From Gonapodya sp. JEL0774 (Eukaryota), in NCBI GenBank assembly GCA_027604505.1, contig JADIIX010000105.1, forward strand, positions 54,317 to 74,316: 20,000 bases of DNA, in the 5' to 3' direction. The notes beneath the pieces are model-generated. The model saw only the letters and a list, made by a program, of their open reading frames with translations, was not told where the DNA came from and ran no database searches. Shown here piece after piece: positions 11,001 through 20,000 of the stretch. A program made the position numbers and the translations under genes. Every line of letters starts with the position of its first letter. Within the stretch, counting starts at the first letter, position 1.

Positions 11001-11325
11001 CACGTGACCTTTTTTTGCACTGAGACAAAAATGGTGGAACCACCTTCATTGATTCTAATGTTGACTATCTGCTAATGATATTTCCAGTATTCTCACACAC
11101 TTGTATCGATGACACTCTTCGTGTGCGAGCATGTGCGAGTGCAATATCGTTGGAAGATGCGTACTCATATGTCTGACCTCCACTTTACAGTACCCAAGAA
11201 AATACCACCAAGATGCTCTCCGTTTCACGAAATGAAGCCTTATGATGGCACCCGTCAAGTACACGTGTGTAGGTGATTCCGAATCTCACATGTTTTCATG
11301 GCAAACTTCACTGCGAATGACGTCA
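11001..11325. promoter_or_regulatory. Candidate bHLH (GTCACGTG) and CRE/ATF (TGACGTCA) sites in the divergent CE4-Rho intergenic region
   Basis: CACGTGAC at 11001-11008 and the palindrome TGACGTCA at 11318-11325. These are motif matches only. Confidence 0.3.
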
Positions 11326-11983
11326 CGGGGACTCACAGTGCGTGAGAGCAAAGAGAGTACTATAGAACTAACACTGCAGGGTCCTCGACGTCTGCACGCA
11401 AGACAATCGATCTACGAGTTTCCGTTGAAAACGCTTCCTCCTAATCGAACGCATCGTGTGCCACGAGCAACCCAGATGAGTGTCGTATTAGAACCCACTT
11501 CCTCCATTTTATTGTTAGCCATTGGGGTGCTTCCGTTCTTTCGTGTCCAGTTCGAGAAGCGATTCCACTGATATAAATTGTTGACAGTACAATCATAAAC
11601 GTGCGTATTTCACACGTCCTCTGTGGCAAGACCTCATTTTGCTGGAGCTCCAAGTGAGCACAAGCTGTAAATGTAAAGCCACGTTTTCTGTCTGTTGATA
11701 TTGATCCCAGAGAAGACTTCAGAACAGAAAAGTAAGTTGTGGTTGAGCTTCACCCCGGCCCGAGCTGCCTCGCCACTGAACTCAACTTGCACTCAGGCGA
11801 CTGAACTAACACACTCTTAGCCTCGCATCCCCTTCAACTTCGAGGAACCTCGCTTACTAGTTTCCAGCATTAAAGGTCGCTGTTCCATCTTCACCTGTGA
11901 TCCCTCGCCCCGGCTTCTTGCCACTGTCCTGGCCCCACCGTTGGTTCGCACCGATCAATCTCAACAACCCATCGGATACAGTA

Positions 11984-13342
11984 ATGGCCAGTCTTAGGAG
12001 AAAACTTGTAGTCGTTGGTGACGGAGCGTGTGGGAAAACTTCTCTACTCATGCGATTTCACGAGGGACGGTTCCCCGAGGTGAGTTTGTCTGCTCTTGAA
12101 GTGAAAGGGGCGAGGGAGAAAGTTTTGGACCCCACGGTGATGGCTTTGAACGCCATGCGTGACTCCTGAATATCCTTGCTGTTGCTATCTGGTTTTCTCT
12201 GCCTGATGACTCCACTCTGCCCTGCAAACTGTTTTCTCGCACTCTGCTGTCCATCAGCATTACACCCCCACGGTTTTCGAGAACCGGGTCACAGACATCA
12301 TAGTCGACTCGCGGAGAGTTGAGGTGAGGAATTTCGTTTGCCTTGAGCGTCTGACCCTGGCGCTCTTGCGTGGGGGGCCAACTGTGCAACGTGGAGACTG
12401 AACGACTCGTGCCTTCCAGCTTGCCCTGTGGGATACAGCCGGTCAGGAGCAGTTTGACCACCTGCGGTCGCTCTCGTACCCGGGCGCCGACATTGTTCTC
12501 ATCTGCTTCGCCATTGACTCGCCTGTTTCCCTCGACAACGTTGTGGAAAAGTGGATCACCGAAGTCCGACATTTCTGCCCCAAAACACCAGTCTACCTCA
12601 TCGGATTAAAGAAGGATATCAGAACGGACCAAAAGATGATTGATAGCATGAAGAGGACGCACGAGCGACCTGTGGCGACTCAAGAGGTGAGATTTTGTCA
12701 CGGAACTTTTTGCGAGGGGATATGGAATGGGTACAATGTGCAAAACACGGCGCAGCTTCCGCGATGATGATCTTTGGGAATAAATATTGAGGGCAGATGG
12801 CAATTCACATCCGGCCATGGAGGCGATACCAATGACGGAAAGTGAGCTCAAGGGGATTGTCGCAGAACTGGTACTCCGAGGCTCGAGTTGACACCAAAGA
12901 CATAGTGAGAAGACTGTTCTTTGTACCGGAATATCTCCCAGCCTTTTGAGAATGACCCAGCATTCTACCGCGAGAGAATGGATGACGTCAGGATATTCTC
13001 ATACATACGATGACCTGACAACCCTCTCCTCTTTTCCTCCTTACGCCAGGCTGAGGCCATCGCCCGGCAAATAGGTGCAGATCGATACTTGGAGTGCTCT
13101 GCCAGAACGGGAGAGGGAATCACCGAGGTGGGTTTACAAAGTGACCGGATGGTGCTTCACAAATGAACGTCATGTGCTCATGTATCGTTGCGTTTCCGTG
13201 TCTCGCTTGGTGAAACCAAATATGCACATAGGTGTTTGAGACCGCTACCCGAGGTACCATCCGTACTGCGCCGGCTGCGGTGAAACCGGCCGCCAGTGCA
13301 GCAGCCAAGGAAGACGAAGGTTGTTCCTGCATTATCATCTAG
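11984..13342 (+). CDS. Rho-family small GTPase (RhoA/Rho1-like, divergent), ~205 aa
   Basis: Exons 11984-12079, 12258-12323, 12420-12686, 13050-13127, 13232-13342 (618 nt). Motifs: [18 protein letters not shown] (G1), YTPTVFEN (G2), [10 protein letters not shown] (G3), LIGLKKD (G4), Rho insert, YLECSAR (G5), C-terminal CaaX CSCIII. Confidence 0.95.
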
Positions 13343-15000
13343 AATCTTATTCACCTGGTAGCCGAGGTGTTCCTTAGTTTGGATTTGGAATAACGCTTAT
13401 TTTGTTTTTGTAACCCTTCTCACCTATTTTTCAACACCACATACATTATTATGAAATGTTTCACGCTCATTGCCCATTCATTGTGTCATGCAATATTTCC
13501 TCGCATGCGCTTCGAGAGAAGCCGTTTTTTGACGACACTCGTGAGCATCGGACGCACAGGGTGTCATGTGGGAGAGGAGGATAAACTCTTCGCTGAGGAT
13601 GTCGGGAGATACGGTTCTGCCGCGCCGGCGTTGTGGTCACCTCCTGTTGCTGACGAAACGCAGCAGCGCCTCACCCATCTTGATGCCCGCTTCCGAAAAG
13701 GATCTGCACACAGCAGAATTGCAGGCTGAGAGTTGTGATTGAGCGTCTTGGAACACTTGTTTGGTGAGTCCGAACCATTCAACGGATGATGTCGAATGCT
13801 TCAGATATTTTACAGCCGAAAACTCGAATACAAAGAGCTAAGATCTTCCGATGCGCGCATCGCTCGCATTCTTTTTTTTTTTGCATGATTCATCTGAACA
13901 TCATTCATTTCCAAATAAGTGCCGTGTGCTGGTGAACCAGGTACGCAGGGGTTCATCACCGGCGACCGGCTGGTTGAGCCCAAGCAAAAGGGATACAAAT
14001 CATGCACAGATATAGACAAAATCATACGCACTTTGAGAATTTTTGCACGCACGTTCCGGGAAGATGAGGCGGGTGGCTTATTGTTGTGTCATGCCGGTCC
14101 CGCCGTATTTATTTCAAGGGTGGGAACTGGTGTTCCCGATGTCTCGAAATCCAACGTTTAGGGTTCTCCTCCCTGTGACCAAGTGGAGCATCCGCTTCCG
14201 CCATGTTGTGGGTCTCTTTTGATGGATGGAGACATTACCCCATCGGATGATCATAAAGCATGTAGGGTTTATTATCTAATCGACAAGTACTTGTGCCCAC
14301 CGTACGCAGAACCACCGTGTGGGGCTGTGAGAAAACAAAACAGCGCATGCCTGTTGGGAGATATTATATCCGAGAGATGTCATATCCGAATGCGGTCCGC
14401 CAATTGACCGTTATGCGGGATTCTCCCATGTGCTTTCCTTCCCACAATGGCTGTCGTGCGGCTCAAGATGGGCTTATCCATATATCTACAGTTGTCGTGT
14501 TTGAATTTCAAACAGCGCAGCGAAATACCTTGTATTCTGTGGTTACTTGTGTCATACCTTCCCCAAATGCGCACGATACGAACAAGAGACGCAAGAGATG
14601 AAATCTATTCTCTCATGGCAAACGATGTTCACTCACACTTCATCCTCGTCCATGCAGACTCAGACTACCTTGCCGGCAAACTCCATTTGATGGGGACAAC
14701 CAGATGGACCACTCTGTCAGCTTGTTCTTATGGCGCAAGACAACAATAACACGGCCTACTTGGGCTTTCCGGATAAATTTTATAATTTTCAAGGGATCAT
14801 TGTGACGGTGAAAAAAAAAGAGTCCGCCAGGGCTGTGCTGGGCGCGCCTCACCGGTCTGGGTGAACTTGGGTGCCTCACAAACCTGATCCTTCAAAAGGG
14901 GGCTTCTTCGCTGCTTCTTTCCACCTTTGGTGATTTCCTTCCCTTCCACTTCAAAACCTCAAAACTCATTTTCTTTCTCGCTCTCCAAAGAACCGAAACA

Positions 15001-16166
15001 ATGCCTGCTTCAAAGACTTTCTCAGTTGCGCTTCTCATGCTCGTCGCCGCTCTCGGGGTATGTGCCAACCTGTCGTCTGGGGGACCATTGCCGTCCTTTC
15101 CCTGAACCTCCCGACTCACCCGCCCTTTCAAACTCGCGCTCCATCTCACCCAGCTCGTCCGTGCCGCCACTGTCGCAGTCGCCAACCAGGGCCTCACGTT
15201 TGTCCCCAAGGACGTCAGCATCGCCGTCGGCGACACGGGTGGGTTGCCCCATTGGGCTTTTTTCACGCCGAATTTGTTTTTTCATTTGTCGATCGATCCT
15301 GACTTGCGATCCCCCTCGATTTAGTGACCTGGACCATTACCGGCTGTGAGTTGAAGGTGTCCCTGTGCTCATCGTGCTCATCGCCGACCCTCTCATCTCA
15401 TTCACTTTTCATCATTCCCCGACCAGCCCACTCCGTCACGCAAAGCTCTGCCCCCGCAGGATGCTCTCCAGCCACGGGCGGCTTTGACTCTGGTGTCAGT
15501 GAGTTGCACAGACCAAGTGGTGGTTCCAAGCGAAACCTCGTTGCCCGAATCACCTCGCTGACCGAATCCCGTGCCCCTCACTCACTCCACCAGTCACTGG
15601 CGCCACCTACTCGTTCACCTTCAACTCCACCGGAACTTTCTCTTACTACTGTAAGTCGTCGCGTTGTGTTGGTTCGTCCCCGAATAACGGGAAGGCTTCC
15701 CGTCCCGTTCATCCTCGCTCATGACATCCGCTCCGTCGTCCAATCACATCCTCTCAGGCGTCGTTGGATCCCACTGCAGCGCAGGTACGTTGCACGATTC
15801 GTCGTTTGATTTCTCCTTCGTCCCACCCATACCAACCCAACCACTCATTTTACCCCTATCCACCGTCCTCTAGGCATGGTCGGCACCGTGACCGTCGCTG
15901 GCGCCGCCGCACCCGCCTCGTCCGCCTCTTCCGCATCGGCCCCCGCCACGTCCGCTGCCGCTTCCGCACCCGCCACCTCGGCCGCCTCCGCCGCCACGTC
16001 CGCCGCCGCCGCTCCTGCAACCTCGGCCGCCGCGTCGAAATCCACCACGGCCGCTGCGGCGACGCCCAGCGCTACAGGGACGGCCAAGGCCGGGTCGGCG
16101 TTCAAGGTGTCTGCGGGACACGGGGTGGCTGCGATGGTGGTGGCGGCGGTGGCCATGATGGTGTAA
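15001..16166 (+). CDS. Secreted cupredoxin (type-1 blue-copper-like) with an Ala/Ser/Thr-rich stalk and probable GPI signal, ~203 aa
   Basis: Exons 15001-15057, 15154-15238, 15325-15345, 15427-15498, 15594-15650, 15758-15784, 15874-16166 (612 nt). Signal peptide MPASKTFSVALLMLVAALGLVRA. Domain: LTFVPKDVSIAVGDTVTWTITGSHSVTQ...C...GFDSG...YSFTFNSTGTFSYYCVVGSHCSAGMVGTVTV. Hydrophobic C-terminus GVAAMVVAAVAMMV. Confidence 0.9.
15900..16035 (+). repeat. Imperfect coding repeat (SAPATSAAA-like units) in the cupredoxin stalk
   Basis: Translation ASAPATSAAASAPATSAASAATSAAAAPATSAAA; DNA units such as CCGCCACGTCCGC recur. Confidence 0.75.
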
Positions 16167-17042
16167 GAATGGGAAGGAGATGGAGGGGGAACGGCCGGTG
16201 GTGATGATGTGCTGGAATTGGGTCGTGGTTGGCGGCGGTGGTACCCTTTTTTCTACGATGACGATGAATCGCCCTTGGTTTTCTTTTGTACTTGGTTACT
16301 CGATGATGAACAAGCACGACAATATGAATCCGTACCTGAATCCTGAACCTCCTTGCCATACCACAGTGGATCACACCAAGGGAATCGCACCGTACCCGTG
16401 CCGTCGGTACCTCTGCCCCGCCAGACCCAACCCTCCACGTCAGACGTTTGGGCATGGTGTGGGTAGGTAGATGCACACGTCGCGATCAGCCCCTCTCACA
16501 CATCCATTGACACGTCCAACCCGAGCCCAAAGCTGGTCGAGCGTGGGTGGGCCTCTGTTGTGCGTGTCCGAGTGCGTGTTGCGTGTGCCACGTGCCTCGT
16601 GGGGACCCGATTGTTGAGAGGCCCGTGCACCATGTGTCAGAGGAGATGGTCTGGGGAGGACGGTTGGAGGATAGTGGAGTGTGGAGTGTGGAGTTGGGGG
16701 TGAAAGCGAGGGCGAAACGTGGAGCTGTCAAAAGCACCGCACGCGGGGAGCACGTCCATGCAAGTATTACTCACGAATGAGTGAGACAGAACATAAGTAA
16801 ACGCTGCTTTGGCCGTGGTGAGGTGGTGGGGAGACGTGGGGGCGCCGCTGCACACCCCACACCCGACGAGAAGCCCAGAACCGGGAGACCCCCAAACCAC
16901 CCCGCATCGCCAAACAGCGAGGATCCCCACGAGACCAACAAGAATAAGGAAAAAGCGGTTTGTTGGAGAAGACCACGAAAAAAACTGAAAACCCTGATCA
17001 TGGTTGTTTTTCCCCAAGGAGGGGGTTTCACGTCACTCCTCC

Positions 17043-17066
17043 GTCCACGTCCACGTCCACGTCCAC
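17043..17066. repeat. Microsatellite (GTCCAC)x4
   Basis: gtccacgtccacgtccacgtccac read directly from the sequence. Confidence 0.9.
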
Positions 17067-18344
17067 GCGGGCTCAATCACCACACGCAGTAACATTCCCA
17101 CGATGTGAAAGTGACGTGATGAGGCCTGTGATGGCGCGTACGATGCGCGAACGGTCCTGTGTCTGTCTCACAAAAACACCCACACAAAAAAAAAGCACGC
17201 GCGAGGTTTTCGCCGCGAAGACGATCGTCAGGGATGATGATGGCCGAGCGAGTGAGCGGCAGCCAGAATGGGCGGGCCAGTGGAACGGCAGAAGCGTGGT
17301 GCGAACGTGGGATCGTGGTGGCGGGGATGAACGGTGATGGGATGGAAAGTGTGTGGCTGTTGGAGAAATGGGCTGGGCGGTGTGGCGTACCCGCCCCGGT
17401 TGGACAAGAGAGGGGAAACGGTCTCGGATCGCAAGTACGCGGAGGGGAATACACTGAGGTTGTTTTTTTATTCACGGGGACGGAGGTGAGACAAATTAGA
17501 ACGCTGGAATCTTAAATTGGTTTTTGTACGGTAGTACTTCGGACTCGGCTGGAGCGGGTCGAGGCAGGGAATGTAATTGAGAGAAGCACGGACCCGAAAC
17601 TGGAAACAAACGGTGTGAGAACCGGGAACGTGGAGTCGGTGGTGGCACCACGTGGACTCCGGCATCCTGCGTCGTGCGTAGCGGACGTACACTCGGTACC
17701 TCACCCCGTCAGCGCACACGAAAAGCAGGAGCAAGAACCGACGTGCTCCACCTTTACCATGGCACAGGTGATCGAGTATCGCAAATGAGACGGACGACTG
17801 ATCGTGGCGTTGGAAGTCACCACATACAAATAACCAAAAGTTGTGAACCGAGTACACCACCTCGGCCTGCATAGTAGGGCTCCTGGAACTTTTGACACTT
17901 CGTTCGACGAATATAGCAGTTTTGGCGTGCAACTTTTACTGTAGTGCTCTTGGTGCGCATCCTTGTGTCATGACACGACTTGTGCTGCACATTCCCACGA
18001 GTATGGTCAGCCGCAGTATGCGTCTTATTTTCACTTGCACTGCAACTGTGCATCATTCGCAGCACTCGATGGAATTTAGGGGAATAAGAGGCTCGACGAA
18101 TACTTCCGATTTATGCTTATGTGGTGGAAGGACGGGAATCCTCCATTTTCTCAGCGCCCCTAGTACCTTATCTTACTGTATGCGTGTTGACACTTGGCAA
18201 CGGCTTTTCGTGAGACAACCGAGTTGTTTTTGGTTTTCGAGTCTGAGGTTACCGGCCAGGTTCCTGGTTGATTCCGACCACTGTCGGACACAACAGGACA
18301 GAACAAGAATTTCACAGAGCCCAGGCGTGGCCGATATTCGCTCG

Positions 18345-19753
18345 ATGGCCGTTGACAGTCCCATTCAGTCCAGAGTGCCCGCTGTCCCCGGTGTCCCCGC
18401 CGACCACACGCGGGACTCGGGGTCCCTCCCGCCGGTTGCATCCGCACCTGTCGGGCCCCCTTCTGTCCCACCTGCACTCCCACACCCGTCCACACTCACT
18501 GAGGTCTCTCTGCGTCTTCTGCCTTCTTCCGCTGTCGCCCCTGTGGACGCAGTCGCCGCAAACTCGGCGCTGTGGAACATTTTGATTAGAAACGGCGCAA
18601 AATTCGCGCCAAATGCTTCTGTCGACCCTCATCCCAACACCCGTTCACTCAATGGCTCTACACGTGAGTCCAACCTAGATGCTGGTGGTGGTGGTGGTGG
18701 TGGTGCAAAGGCGTGACCGGAATTGGGGCCACGCAGCGATCCGTCGATTCCTTCCGAGATCACAACGTCGCGACATGTGTTTTTTCTCTGGGGCTGGGAC
18801 AGTGCGTGCTTGTGCGGGGGACGGCACGGCATGATTACGGACAAGAAGCGCTGAGAATCATCGGGGACTTGGAATAGGTCCCGGTTGGACTGTGCCAATT
18901 CCATCGTGGTGGGACCATCCCTTCTATTCCCTCTTTCCCCTTCTCCACTTTTCTGTGTGTGCTTGTGACCCATTCCTCGGCTGGTCGGGCACCAACACCA
19001 TGCCGTCCTCTCTTCTCACCGTCCTCCTTTCCTTCCATTCCTTTCCCCTTCCCTCGGTACCGACCGTCCCATCCACCACCACAAATCACTGTTCTCGTCG
19101 TCTCGGCTCCCTTCCCTTTTTTCCTCCTGTCCCCCCTTTCCCCACCCCTCTCCGCCCCCTCATCACAAACCTCATCCCACTCCCGCTCACCTTCCCACAA
19201 CCAACCACCCCCCCCACCCCCCCCCCCGCAGCCCCCGACCGCCTCTTTGCCTGCCTCTACCTCCGCCACCCCTCCTCCCCCGCCACCTCCCCCCCTTCTT
19301 ACCGCACTGCACTCGCCGCACTCACACCCTCGTCCTCTTCGGTCCCGGCGTCCTCAACCTCCACTCCAACGGACAGGACCAGCACCACGAAACCCGTCCT
19401 CTCACCCGCCCAGCTAGGTCGGGTCGTGGTGTATGTGTGTCGGCACGACGAGGACGACGACCGGGCCGACATTGGGGCCGCCGGGGCCGGCACGGGCGGT
19501 GTGTCGTCCACCGTCCCTCCTCGTCTATCTATCCCCTCCGCCTTCCTCTCCTCGCTCGGCGTTCCCCCCTGGTCCATCTTCCCTTCGCTCTCCATCTCCC
19601 CACCAGACGACGGCTCGTCGATCCGCGCCCTCGCCACCAACCGGGACCAGGACCAGGTCCAGGCGTGGATAGAACCCACGGCGTTCATTGTGCTTGACGA
19701 GGTGGTGGTCGAGGTGGGAGGGGAAGCGTGGGCGGTGGTGGGGGGGGAGGAAG
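18345..19753 (+). CDS. 5' part of a protein-coding gene, tentatively the N-terminus of a peroxin-6-like AAA ATPase (partial)
   Basis: ATG 18345, donor GTGAGT at 18664 (phase 1), in-phase acceptor CAG at 19231, open to a possible donor at 19754. Segments VSLRLLP..VDAVAANSALWNIL, LFACLYLR, GRVVVYVC and AWIEPTAFIVLDEVVVEV loosely recall fungal Pex6 N-domains. No AAA motifs lie in the window, so coding is likely but identity is weak. Confidence 0.4.
18684..18704. repeat. Trinucleotide microsatellite (GGT)x7
   Basis: Read directly; lies just inside the predicted intron. Confidence 0.9.
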
Positions 19754-19889
19754 GTGGGTTGTAGAGGGGGGGAATTGGGACGGGAAGCGGGGAGGGGGGA
19801 AAGCGGGGACAAGTCACTTGTGTCCGGATGCTCAGCGGTGGTGCTGTCCGTGTTCTGTCCTACCCCTTCCACGTGTTGACCACCTTTTC

Positions 19890-20000
19890 CCCACCCCCCG
19901 TGCCCCACGCCGGGGGGGGGGCGGCGCCGCCGGCCCCCCCCCCCGCGCCCCCCCCCCCGCCCGCGCCGCCCCCCCCCGCCCCCCCGCGCCCCCCCGCCGC
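19890..20000. repeat. Extreme C/G low-complexity tract at the window end
   Basis: Almost exclusively C and G homopolymer runs. Confidence 0.85.

Noticed and set aside
13451..14879. Many short ORFs and isolated TAGGGTT words
   Set aside because: No motif, splice chain or tandem telomeric array; treated as intergenic.
16637..17017. Minus-strand ORF with a hydrophobic stretch and a GTGAGT donor at 16774
   Set aside because: No ATG start and no convincing downstream exon; it cannot be excluded but is unsupported.
17892..18344. Upstream extension of the 274-aa ORF
   Set aside because: Starts at TTG and reads like non-coding sequence; ATG 18345 is the more plausible start.
1..20000. Prokaryotic systems (CRISPR, operons, IS elements) or transposon domains
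   Set aside because: The sequence is spliceosomal-intron-rich; no repeat-spacer arrays, terminal inverted repeats, or RT/transposase motifs were seen.

Overview
Eukaryotic, intron-rich DNA with GTGAGT/GTAAGT donors, CTRAC-like branch points and short introns. It is most consistent with a fungus, possibly an early-diverging lineage; that placement is inference only. The ORF track fragments the genes, so I spliced them by hand and checked the phase at every junction. Seven genes are supported: (1) a minus-strand secreted precursor running off the left edge (ATG 1223), with a signal peptide, two Lys-Arg sites, microexons and a tandemly repeated Cys/Trp module I do not recognise; (2) an NT-C2 (EEIG1/EHBP1-type) domain protein; (3) the ESCRT-I subunit Vps23/TSG101; (4) a 12-exon CE4/NodB chitin-deacetylase-like enzyme with a predicted type II membrane anchor; (5) a divergently transcribed atypical Rho GTPase; (6) a secreted, probably GPI-anchored cupredoxin with a full type-1 copper ligand set; (7) the 5' part of a gene that may be PEX6-like, running into low-complexity sequence at the right edge. 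No RNA genes, transposons or CRISPR arrays were seen. The best candidate for something undescribed is gene 1, which the ORF track barely shows.
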